From: an uncultured Methanomassiliicoccales archaeon
Lineage (GTDB): Archaea > Thermoplasmatota > Thermoplasmata > Methanomassiliicoccales > UBA472
Assembly: GCA_963710685.1 (NCBI GenBank)
Contig: CAVQBH010000010.1
Span: forward strand, 15,204-79,203
Length of the DNA stretch: 64,000 bases
Direction: 5' to 3'
Made by a program: the position numbers and the translations under genes. Within the stretch, counting starts at the first letter, position 1; every line of letters starts with the position of its first letter. Below are positions 28,994 to 37,295 of the stretch, in pieces. Under the pieces are notes generated by a model that was not told the DNA's origin, ran no database searches, and saw only the letters and a program-made list of their open reading frames with translations.

Positions 28994-29688
28994 ACTGGGG
29001 TCAGGTAAAGATCGTGGCGCTCAAGGAGATGCGGGAGATAACGTCCTCCAGGGGGACCATCATCTCCACGATCTTCTTTGCCCTGTGGTTCGGCCTGCTG
29101 AACGGTCAGTCCCCGGCGGGAATCACGTCCGATTCGCTGAGCAAGCAGCTCTTCTTCTTGGCGCCGATGCTGGGCGCATTGATGGGCTATCTCCTGACCG
29201 GGACGGTGTTCTCCAACGAGAAGAAGGACGGCGTGATCGAGACCCTGCTGTGCACCCCCCTGGACCTGCGCACCATATGGCTGGGTAAGCTGCTCGGGGT
29301 CTCGGTGGTGGCCTATCTGGCATCCCTGGTCTCGATAACCTTCGTGATCCTGCTCGCCAGCATGGCCGCCAACGCGCTCCTGCTCCCGTCATTGATCATC
29401 CTGCTGCACATCGCGGTGACCGTCCCGCTGTTCACCGCCGCGGTGGTAGGCCTGATCGGATACTCCCAGCTCCTCCTGGGCATGAAGGAGAACACGGTCA
29501 TCGGGATATTCACGTTCCTGGGACTGTTCATAGGCATCTCGGTGGCGGGGCAGCTGGTCAGCGGGTCCGGCACCATCACGGTGCTGATGCTGCTGATCAT
29601 GTTCCTGGTGGCGGCCTGCCTGCTGGCCTTCACTTTCTACCTGGCCCGGTTCCTCAGCAAGGAGAAGGTGATCACCACCATCCCGTAG
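28990..29688 (+). CDS. ABC-2 type transporter permease
   Basis: 232-aa polytopic membrane protein, translationally coupled to the preceding ATPase. Confidence 0.75.
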   Translation: MNWGQVKIVALKEMREITSSRGTIISTIFFALWFGLLNGQSPAGITSDSLSKQLFFLAPMLGALMGYLLTGTVFSNEKKDGVIETLLCTPLDLRTIWLGKLLGVSVVAYLASLVSITFVILLASMAANALLLPSLIILLHIAVTVPLFTAAVVGLIGYSQLLLGMKENTVIGIFTFLGLFIGISVAGQLVSGSGTITVLMLLIMFLVAACLLAFTFYLARFLSKEKVITTIP

Positions 29689-29717
29689 ACTAGGGAGGGG
29701 CCAGAGATGAAGGAGAC

Positions 29718-29727
29718 ATTTTAATAG
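29718..29727 (+). promoter_or_regulatory. TATA-like box upstream of the SPFH/zinc-ribbon operon
   Basis: attttaatag lies ~40-48 nt upstream of ATG 29766, in the only gap (77 nt) before five tightly packed genes. Confidence 0.35.
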
Positions 29728-29765
29728 ACTAGCCAACACTATGACCCAAACAAGGATGGTTCACC

Positions 29766-30299
29766 ATGCCAGACATCAGGCAGACGGTTGAGGAGGACCG
29801 GGGGCTGATCAAGAAGATCCAGCTCATGGTCCCGGGATATCGGGGATACAGGCTGAAGGAAGACCTGAGAAACTCAGACAAGATACTGAGGCTCGAGCTA
29901 GGAAAGAGGCTGGCGCTCCAGCGCACCGAGCTGGAGGAGTGTAGGCAAACGCTGGTCACCAACAACCCCCTGTCCAAGAATCTCACGGTTATCGGGGGCA
30001 TCATCAATGAGTACAAGAAGGTCGAAGGCCTCATCGCCCATGGTGAATCCGGGTACTCGGGCATACGGGCGGATATCCGAATTGATGTTCCAGAGCTGAA
30101 TCTGCTTTACGAGTATGACGCTGGAATGATTGACAGCATCAATTTCATCGATCAATCGGTAGGTTACCTTCGCAACGCCATCGACGATAATGACGATGCC
30201 AAGTGCGCGGACCAACTAAAGAACGTGAGAATGCGCATCACCGGTTTCGAGGAGAAGTTCGCCAAGCGCATCTCCACCATCCAGGGAATAGGGGTGTGA
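29766..30299 (+). CDS. Hypothetical helical protein, first gene of the SPFH/zinc-ribbon operon
   Basis: 177 aa, charged and heptad-rich (GYRGYRLKEDLRNSDKILRLELGKRLALQRTELEECRQ ... ADQLKNVRMRITGFEEKFAKRIS). No TM helix and no family recognised. Confidence 0.6.
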   Translation: MPDIRQTVEEDRGLIKKIQLMVPGYRGYRLKEDLRNSDKILRLELGKRLALQRTELEECRQTLVTNNPLSKNLTVIGGIINEYKKVEGLIAHGESGYSGIRADIRIDVPELNLLYEYDAGMIDSINFIDQSVGYLRNAIDDNDDAKCADQLKNVRMRITGFEEKFAKRISTIQGIGV

Positions 30300-30305
30300 T
30301 TATTT

Positions 30306-31427
30306 TTGAGCGCGATTGGAGCAGAGACATTCAAATGGGAGGACCAGGACAAGCGTCTAAACATCATGTTCCGAATGAACCGGAACATCAAGTACGGCGA
30401 CAATGTGGTGGTACGCGAGGATGAGATCGCCGCATTCTACCGGGACGGGAAGGTCCTGACATATATGGACAGACCAGACAGGTACGCCCTCACTGACCTC
30501 AACGCCCCCATCGTGGGCAAGCTGGTCAAGGCGCTGTCCGGGGCGCAGCAGCAGGCCGAACTGATCTACCTGCAGAAACGGGCCTTCGACGGCAAGTTCG
30601 GGTCCAAGCAACCGTTCCAGTTCAGGGACAAGGAGTTCGGGATGGTCAATCTCCGGGTCTTCGGCGAGTTCCGGTACAAGGTCTCCAACCCAGAGAACTT
30701 CGTGAACCAGTTCGTGGGCACTCTCAATTTTGCCACCAGTGCCGAGATCGAGGAGCGCATCAAGGAACAGGTGGTATTGCTTGTCTACTCCGCCATCGGT
30801 GACATGAAGAATCAGGGGATGGGCGTCGCCGACCTGGCAAGCAATCTACCGAACATCGAGCAGGTGGTGCTCTCGAAGTCCAACGACCAGTTTGCATTGT
30901 ATGGGGTCGGTATTGACAAGATATCCGGTCTTTATGTCTCCCTGCCCGACGAGGTCCAAAAAGCGGTCGACACCAGGGCATCGATGCAGATAACCGGGAC
31001 GAACTATGTCCAGTACCAAAGCGGCCAGGCGATGCGGGAAGCGGCGACCAACCCTTCCGGAGGTGCCGCCGGCGTAGGGGTCGGGCTGGGGGCCGGCATG
31101 GGCATGGGTTACACCATGATGGACTCGATGAGGGCCGGGGGCCAGCAACCGGCACCGGGGGCGGCGCCCCCCCAGCCACAACAGGTGGTGATATGCCCCA
31201 AGTGCGGCACTTCGAACAATGCCGGGGCAAAGTTCTGCCAGTCATGCGGGACAAAGCTGGTCGTGGAGACCATCCCCTGCCCCAAGTGCGGCAACCCGGT
31301 GAACGTCGATGCCAAGTTCTGCCCGGAGTGCGGCAATGACATGAAGGCGACGATAAAATGCCCCAAGTGCGGGAAGGTGTCGCCCGTAGGAACTAAGTTC
31401 TGCCCGGAGTGCGGCACGACGCTCTGA
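30306..31427 (+). CDS. SPFH-domain protein of the YdjI/COG4260 type with Gly/Met/Pro-rich linker and three C-terminal zinc ribbons
   Basis: N-terminal ~250 aa resemble COG4260 (stomatin/prohibitin family with C-terminal Zn ribbon): FKWEDQDKRLNIMFRMNRNIKYGDNVVVREDEIAAFYRDGKV. The tail has CPKCGTSNNAGAKFCQSCG, CPKCGNPVNVDAKFCPECG and CPKCGKVSPVGTKFCPECG. TTG start at 30306, 6 nt after the upstream stop. Confidence 0.8.
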   Translation: MSAIGAETFKWEDQDKRLNIMFRMNRNIKYGDNVVVREDEIAAFYRDGKVLTYMDRPDRYALTDLNAPIVGKLVKALSGAQQQAELIYLQKRAFDGKFGSKQPFQFRDKEFGMVNLRVFGEFRYKVSNPENFVNQFVGTLNFATSAEIEERIKEQVVLLVYSAIGDMKNQGMGVADLASNLPNIEQVVLSKSNDQFALYGVGIDKISGLYVSLPDEVQKAVDTRASMQITGTNYVQYQSGQAMREAATNPSGGAAGVGVGLGAGMGMGYTMMDSMRAGGQQPAPGAAPPQPQQVVICPKCGTSNNAGAKFCQSCGTKLVVETIPCPKCGNPVNVDAKFCPECGNDMKATIKCPKCGKVSPVGTKFCPECGTTL

Positions 31428-31437
31428 GGCGCATGCG

Positions 31438-32187
31438 ATGGCCAGCATCAAATGCCCCAAGTGCGCGGCACCGGTCGAGTTCGACCCTAAGGACCGGTTT
31501 GTCCAGTGCACGTACTGCAGTTCGCTGATCTTCATCGACCGGAGCGGGGCCGGGTTCTACTATGCGGTCCCGTTCATGATCGACCAGAACAACGCCGTGG
31601 GAACGTTCCGGCGATGGGCCAGCGGTCCCACCAAGGCGAAGGACCTGGACCGGTCAGCACAGGTGACCTCGGCGAAGAAGGAGTACTTCCCGGTCTATCT
31701 GTTCAAACGGGACGTCAACGGCGTCGAGCAGGTGCAGGTGGAGCCGGCCGGATCGACCACTTTGCCCGGACTGCACAGCCTGAAGGTCCTGGCCGGGGAC
31801 ATGAAGGTGTTCGACGGCAAGTTCGACACCGGAGGGGCGGAGCTGATCAGGCCCGACATCGAGATGGGCTCCTACCTCAGCACCCTTCCCGGCAAGCCGA
31901 AGGAACAGGCGCTGGTGTACTTTCCAATCTGGACCATCGATTACACGTTCGAGCAGAAGCGTTACAAGGTGGTGGTGAGCGCCACCTCGGGGGAGGTGTT
32001 CGCGGCGGAGTTCCCAGCCCGGAGCTCGGCCTCCTACCTGCTGGTGGCCATCGCCGGATTCGTAGCCTTCCTGGCGGAAGGGTATCTGGCCTCCCTTACG
32101 GGAATGTTCCCGTTATCGGTGGTGCTGATGCTGGTGACGGTCCTGGCGGTGTTCGGCATCGCCTACTACGTGGCAACGAGGATGTGA
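31438..32187 (+). CDS. Zinc-ribbon membrane protein, paralog 1 (N-terminal CPxC...CxxC, C-terminal double TM)
   Basis: MASIKCPKCAAPVEFDPKDRFVQCTYCSSLIFIDRSG; conserved strand motif ALVYFPIWTIDY; C-terminal TM helices YLLVAIAGFVAFLAEGYLASL and LSVVLMLVTVLAVFGIAYYVA. Confidence 0.7.
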   Translation: MASIKCPKCAAPVEFDPKDRFVQCTYCSSLIFIDRSGAGFYYAVPFMIDQNNAVGTFRRWASGPTKAKDLDRSAQVTSAKKEYFPVYLFKRDVNGVEQVQVEPAGSTTLPGLHSLKVLAGDMKVFDGKFDTGGAELIRPDIEMGSYLSTLPGKPKEQALVYFPIWTIDYTFEQKRYKVVVSATSGEVFAAEFPARSSASYLLVAIAGFVAFLAEGYLASLTGMFPLSVVLMLVTVLAVFGIAYYVATRM

Positions 32188-32189
32188 AC

Positions 32190-33200
32190 ATGGGCATCGA
32201 AGTGGGTTTGAACTGTCCGGCATGCGGCGGCGCCATCAAGGTCGTCGAGGGCGAGACCACCGTCAACTGCCAGTATTGCGGATCGATGCTCTTCATCGAA
32301 GGGGACGCGGGCGTTACCACCATCTCGTTCAGGAACATCATCACCAAGGAGACGGCGGTGACCGCCTCGGCCGGCTGGTGGAGGAAGGGGTTCAAGGCCC
32401 GTGACCTCAAACGGGTCGGCAAGGTGACCGAATGCTATCCCATCTACATCCCGTTCTGGAGCACGACCACCCGGGTCGCCGGATGGATATGCGGATACGA
32501 GGAGAGGACCCACAGCGATGGCAAACGCACCTACACGGAGAGGATACCGAAGGAGGAGCTGGTGCTGAGGGACTACCGATTCTCCGAGATCGCCTGCGAC
32601 CCGGGGGACCTGGGCATCAAGAAGCTGAAGAACATGGACGGCGAGACGGCACTGACCGATTTCGAAATGATCCCGACCTTCGAGTCGACCACCGGCAGGG
32701 ATGATGCCATCACCCATGCCAAGGCCAGTGCGATGTCCAACGCCCGGGCCGATGCCCACGTGCCCCACATTACGTTCGAGAGCGTGCACGTCTTCCCCCG
32801 CTCGATGTCGATGGTCTACTACCCGGTCTGGGTGGTCCGTTACGCGTACCGGGACCGGATGTACCTGAACACCGTCGACGGGGTCACCGGCTCGGTCCTT
32901 TCCGGACGGGCCCCGGGCGATCCGCTGTTCCAGAGCCTGGCGGTCACCGCCGGTACGTCCGTCGGAGGGCTGCTGGGGGCGGTGGGCATCCTCATCGCCA
33001 GCACGTCGGCGGAAGGGGCGGTCGGCTGTTTCATCGTGGGCTTGGTGGTCATGGTCGGGACCTACCTCTTCTTCCGGGGCGGCTCGGAGATCACCGAAGG
33101 GGAGTTCTCCGACCGGAGTTTCAAGCTGGGTGACCTGAAGGACGTGGCCACGCAGCTGACCCAGGGCCGGATCGGGGGCAACTACCGGGGTGGGAGCTGA
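32190..33200 (+). CDS. Zinc-ribbon membrane protein, paralog 2
   Basis: Starts MGIEVGLNCPACGGAIKVVEGETTVNCQYCGSMLFIEGDAG, 2 nt after the upstream stop. Motifs CYPIYIPFWST and SMVYYPVWVVRY. C-terminal TM helices. The first 228 codons of track ORF 31506..33200 are an out-of-frame overlap of the previous gene. Confidence 0.7.
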   Translation: MGIEVGLNCPACGGAIKVVEGETTVNCQYCGSMLFIEGDAGVTTISFRNIITKETAVTASAGWWRKGFKARDLKRVGKVTECYPIYIPFWSTTTRVAGWICGYEERTHSDGKRTYTERIPKEELVLRDYRFSEIACDPGDLGIKKLKNMDGETALTDFEMIPTFESTTGRDDAITHAKASAMSNARADAHVPHITFESVHVFPRSMSMVYYPVWVVRYAYRDRMYLNTVDGVTGSVLSGRAPGDPLFQSLAVTAGTSVGGLLGAVGILIASTSAEGAVGCFIVGLVVMVGTYLFFRGGSEITEGEFSDRSFKLGDLKDVATQLTQGRIGGNYRGGS

Positions 33201-33787
33201 TGCAGGTGATCCAGATCAAATGCCCGAAGTGCGGCAACCCCATCTATTCGAAACAGAAGGACACGGTGTTCTACTGCACCAACTGCAGCACCATGCACAT
33301 CCGGAACGGCGGGGTGGAGGTCCTGGACTTCGAGATAGGGGAATTCAACCGGAACGCGACGCAGGACCGGGTGTTCGTTCCCTTCTGGCGCATGTACTGC
33401 ACCGTGGTCATCAACAACATCCGTTCCGAAGGGGGCGGCTTCCGCAGGCTGGCCAGCTGGTTCAAGGATGAGGGCAATTCAGGGAACATCTTCATCTGGG
33501 TCCCAGCCTCGGACATGGACATAGACCGGTTCAAGGGCTTGGCCATGGATTTCACGCTCAACCCGCCGCCTTACAGCACCCGGATGGATTTCGGAACGGT
33601 GCCCAGGCTCCCCACGGTGATGAAGCGGTCCGAAGCCAGGGAGATGGCCGATTTCGTGGTGGTGACGATCGAGGCGGAGAAGCCCGGCGTCCTTCAGGCC
33701 CTGGACTACACACTGACCGTCCATGACGCAAAGCTGGTCTATATGCCGTTCGTGGCCACGCAGCGCGGATTGCTCCCGGCTTTCTGA
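33200..33787 (+). CDS. Zinc-ribbon protein, paralog 3 (soluble)
   Basis: MQVIQIKCPKCGNPIYSKQKDTVFYCTNCSTMHIRNGG. Motifs VFVPFWRMY and KLVYMPFVAT. No TM helix. The start overlaps the upstream stop by 1 nt (TGATG). Confidence 0.7.
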   Translation: MQVIQIKCPKCGNPIYSKQKDTVFYCTNCSTMHIRNGGVEVLDFEIGEFNRNATQDRVFVPFWRMYCTVVINNIRSEGGGFRRLASWFKDEGNSGNIFIWVPASDMDIDRFKGLAMDFTLNPPPYSTRMDFGTVPRLPTVMKRSEAREMADFVVVTIEAEKPGVLQALDYTLTVHDAKLVYMPFVATQRGLLPAF

Positions 33788-34226
33788 AACGCCGAATGCG
33801 GATTCCCCCGTTCTTTCCCGAGGAGATGATTGCTTTGACGGCCTCGCTGTCCGTCCAGTCGACAGCCTACATGTGCTGGCAGATGGTCACGGACGAATGG
33901 TCGAGCGCATCTCACGGCGGCCACGTTGACGGAGCGGCGGAACGACCATCTCGTTCCTCACCCGGGTGCGCCCGACAACTGCTTCCAGGGCATTCAGCTA
34001 TCATCCATTCCATCGGCCTTGCGCCGACCGACGTCTGCGTCAGCACCGGAGCGGAACCGAGGTCACTACCCGGCCGACCCCATCCGGTGAACGGGTTTCG
34101 AACCGGGGATGGCGGACGCTGTTCCGGGCGATCCACAGCCGTCAGGGTGTTGCCCCCTCTCCCGATATGGTAATTAACAAGATGCTCCAGTACCGTGTCC
34201 TGGTAGCACTAAATGGTGATAGATCA

Positions 34227-34964
34227 ATGAAATCATGGCAGATCCGTTTAGGGCTGATCCTGGTGGCCCTCTCCGCCCTCACCTATCTGGCCTATTACCT
34301 CATATTCGACAATCTCTACAACATGCTGATGTACGCCACGGGCGATCTGGCCTTCGTCTTCATCAATGTCCTGCTGGTCACTTTGATCATCCAGACGATC
34401 CTGGACCAGAGGGAGAAGGAGGCGATGATCGGAAAGATGAGCACGGTCATCGGTGCTTTCTTCAGCGAGCTTGGAACGCCGTTCATCCAATTTGTCACGT
34501 CCCGAGGTGGCCGCTTGCCCGATCTTGGACCGGATCTGCGCGTCAACGCCAAATGGACGGACAAGGACTACGACCGCACAGTGAGAATGATAGCCGAAAA
34601 GGAGATCGACATAAAACTGGATGCAGGTTCCCTGGCCGAGATCAAGGTCATGTTCACGGAGAAACGCGGTTTCCTGCTCAGCATGATGGAGAACCCAAAC
34701 CTGCTGGAGCATGAGAGGTTCACCGAATTGCTGTTGGCGCTGTTCCACGTTCAGGAGGAGATGATGAACCGGAAGGACGTGATCTCATCGCCCCCATCAG
34801 ACATTTCCCATCTGAACAAGGACGTAAACCGGGCCTTTTCGCTCATGGTCCGGGAGTGGACGATGCATATGCGCCACCTGCAACAGAACTATCCGTACCT
34901 GTTTTCCCTGGCGGTGCGGACCAATCCCTTCGACCCGGGAGCAGATTCGGTGGTCAAGGACTGA
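34227..34964 (+). CDS. Hypothetical membrane protein (two N-terminal TM helices plus soluble helical domain)
   Basis: MKSWQIRLGLILVALSALTYLAYYLIF ... LAFVFINVLLVTLIIQTIL. The track ORF starts at 33966, but the first 87 codons are Arg/Pro-rich and non-protein-like. Confidence 0.6.
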   Translation: MKSWQIRLGLILVALSALTYLAYYLIFDNLYNMLMYATGDLAFVFINVLLVTLIIQTILDQREKEAMIGKMSTVIGAFFSELGTPFIQFVTSRGGRLPDLGPDLRVNAKWTDKDYDRTVRMIAEKEIDIKLDAGSLAEIKVMFTEKRGFLLSMMENPNLLEHERFTELLLALFHVQEEMMNRKDVISSPPSDISHLNKDVNRAFSLMVREWTMHMRHLQQNYPYLFSLAVRTNPFDPGADSVVKD

Positions 34965-35071
34965 GGTCAGTACACTGGAACGAACGAAAAAAATCGGCAG
35001 TTGGGCGGGCGGTCCCTCTCGGCGCAGCAAACCATTAAAGAAGATGCACTCACAAACACGCCGGGACAGAA

Positions 35072-35879
35072 ATGGGAAGGCTCTCCAGAGGTTGGCAGCT
35101 CACCAAGCTCAGCTTCAACGTGATAGGAAAGGACCGGGGGATATTATTCTTCCCGATCATTTCCGGGATCGCGCTCTTTGATCATAGCACATCGTTCTTC
35201 GGGGTCTACTTCTTCGCATTCAGCCTGGAAAATCTCAACAAATATGTTCTGGCCGCGTTCTTCATCGCGTTCTACGTCATATCGGCGTTCATCGTCGTGT
35301 TCTTCAACGTGGCCCCGGTCTCCTGCGCCGTGCTTCGGTTGAACGGAGGCGAACCCATCTTCAGCAACGGCATCAAGATGGCCTGCGCCCGATGAAATAC
35401 ATTCTGGAATGGGGCCTGCTTCGGCAACCGTCGGACTTGTGTTGCAGATGATCAGCTCGAAGGCGGGGATCATCGGCAAGCTCGTGATCGGGATGGTGAG
35501 ATTCGTCTGGTCGGTGGCCACCTATTTCGTGGTGCCGATAATCGCGTTCGAACGGCTGAGCCCCTTCCAGGCGATCAAGAGAAGCAAGGACTTGCTGAAG
35601 AGCACCTGGGGAGAAGCGCTCATATCGAACCTGGGGATCGGTCTGATATTCATCCTCGTGGCCCTGACGGGGTTCATCCCCCTGATCATTGGGGTGGCCA
35701 TCGGAAGCACCCCGGCCATCATCGGCATCGCCATCGCGGTGATCTTCTGGATAGGCCTGGCGTTAGTGGCATCGGCGGTCTTCGGCGTGCCGTTGGCCGC
35801 GCTGTACCGTTACGGAACGACTGGCAAACTGTCCGAGTACTATCCCGAGCGGGTGCTGCAGAACCCTTGGAACCTGTGA
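35072..35879 (+). pseudogene. DUF6159-like membrane protein, split by two apparent 1-nt indels
   Basis: ORF 35072..35395 (MGRLSRGWQLTKLSFNVIGKDRGILFFPIISGI ... NGGEPIFSNGIKMACAR*) and ORF 35409..35879 (SATVGLVLQMISSKAGIIGKLVIGMVRFVWSVATYFVVPIIAFERLSPFQAIKRSKDLLKSTWGE) are the two halves of one family-typical protein. A third frame supplies the missing link MKYILEWGLL between them. Confidence 0.65.
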
Positions 35880-35889
35880 CCGGACAAGA

Positions 35890-36555
35890 ATGTCGCAGGG
35901 AGGGGGCGGTATCGCCAACGCTTCCGTTCCGCCTCCAGATGACGTCGGGCCGACAATTAGTTATCCGACCGTGCGCCATTGCTTTTCCGTGACATTGAAC
36001 GAATGCCCCTCCTGCGGAAGGGAGCTGGCCAAGGATATGATGTTCTGCCCCTACTGCGGGTCCAAGGTCCAGCCGTCCATGGCGGCATCCGAATCGATCG
36101 GACAGGAGCGGGTCGAGGGAGTGATCCCGTTGGCGGTCCGAAAGGACGGGGACGAGGAAGGGCGGATGTTCACCCTGGTCATCACTGGCTCGCTCATCAT
36201 CTTCGCCAGGACGACCGAGGCGGACCTGAACAAGATCGGCAAGGCTTCGGATTCGATCCTCATGGGGGGCGCGATCCTGGAACCGGAGCGTCACCGAAAA
36301 TCGCTGGGTTCCTATTCGCGGCGGTATCTGTCGATGGGACCGACATCCGTCCTTGAAGAGTCGGCGGAGAACATCTTCATGAGCACGGCCGATGTCACCG
36401 CCATCCGGATATCGTCCGAAGAGGATGCGGAGGGGAATCAGTTCTACCTGCTGGCCTTCGAGACGAAGGCCGGTCCGAGAAAATATCTGATACCTTCCGA
36501 CAAGGATTCCCGGGACCTGCTGATCTCCAGGTTCGGGCAGAAGGTCCACTGGTGA
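35890..36555 (+). CDS. Zinc-ribbon protein with C-terminal PH-like domain (tentative)
   Basis: CPSCGRELAKDMMFCPYCGSKV, followed by a ~140-aa beta-rich domain (RMFTLVITGSLIIFARTT ... NQFYLLAFETKAGPRKYLIP). Family not recognised. Confidence 0.55.
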   Translation: MSQGGGGIANASVPPPDDVGPTISYPTVRHCFSVTLNECPSCGRELAKDMMFCPYCGSKVQPSMAASESIGQERVEGVIPLAVRKDGDEEGRMFTLVITGSLIIFARTTEADLNKIGKASDSILMGGAILEPERHRKSLGSYSRRYLSMGPTSVLEESAENIFMSTADVTAIRISSEEDAEGNQFYLLAFETKAGPRKYLIPSDKDSRDLLISRFGQKVHW

Positions 36556-36610
36556 ACTCAGGACGCGGCCATTGTGCTATGTCCGGAACACGAGCCATGC
36601 TCGCCGGTCA

Positions 36611-36874
36611 TCAGCCGTAGGTGATGTCCAGCATCTCGTCCTTGATGATGCCCTTCATTTCCGTGACGGTCGGAACACGGCCCTCCAGGATCAGCTTGTT
36701 GTTGATCATCAGGGCCGGTATCCGGGTCACTCCTTTTTCCCGGATGTATAGGGCCTCGTGGATGTTCTTGATGTCCGCCTCGATATCCATCGCCCGGACG
36801 GCGGTCCGGACGACCACCTCCAGCATCTTGCATTTCCCGCATGTGGACGTGAGGACCTCGATCTTTAGAACCAT
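36611..36874 (-). CDS. Small thioredoxin-fold redox protein (MTH895/Thioredoxin_3-like, CxxC)
   Basis: MVLKIEVLTSTCGKCKMLE ... GVTRIPALMINNKLILEGRVPT. ATG at 36874. Paralog of 42032..42295. Confidence 0.8.
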   Translation of the reverse strand: MVLKIEVLTSTCGKCKMLEVVVRTAVRAMDIEADIKNIHEALYIREKGVTRIPALMINNKLILEGRVPTVTEMKGIIKDEMLDITYG

Positions 36875-36955
36875 TCTTTCATCCTCTGATGCAATGGAAG
36901 GGCCATCCCCGATATTTGAGGACACGCACTGATCGTTTCCTATCCTGGATATGGA

Positions 36956-37153
36956 TCAAGATTTGATCCTAGCAGCAGTATGATGACGATCGTCAACGTC
37001 CACTATGGATCGGATGATCTCTTCCACCTTTATCGGACGGAACTCGCGCATGTTCATCAGCAGCTGAAGCCTCACTCCGAGGTCGAACTTTCCTCCATAG
37101 CTTTCCTCAATCCTGACATCCGCGGTGGGCGTTAATAATATTAATCTGATCAT
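36956..37153 (-). CDS. Hypothetical small protein
   Basis: 65-aa ORF in a locally AT-richer stretch. No motif recognised. Confidence 0.25.
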   Translation of the reverse strand: MIRLILLTPTADVRIEESYGGKFDLGVRLQLLMNMREFRPIKVEEIIRSIVDVDDRHHTAARIKS

Positions 37154-37295
37154 AATTCTTGTGACCGGACATGTTCATTATATCGTCTCTGTCCTATCGC
37201 TAGACCATCGTTTTCAACCTAAGCATGAAGTATCCCCTTCCTTATCCCCAGTCGTTCCGATAGGAATCAAGGTCGTAAACTGGTAGTGTGCAAGT

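Noticed and set aside
31506-32189. N-terminal 228 codons of the 564-aa track ORF 31506..33200.
   Set aside because: This part overlaps zinc-ribbon paralog 1 out of frame and is Arg/Gly-rich. The real gene starts at ATG 32190 with its own zinc ribbon, 2 nt after the upstream stop.
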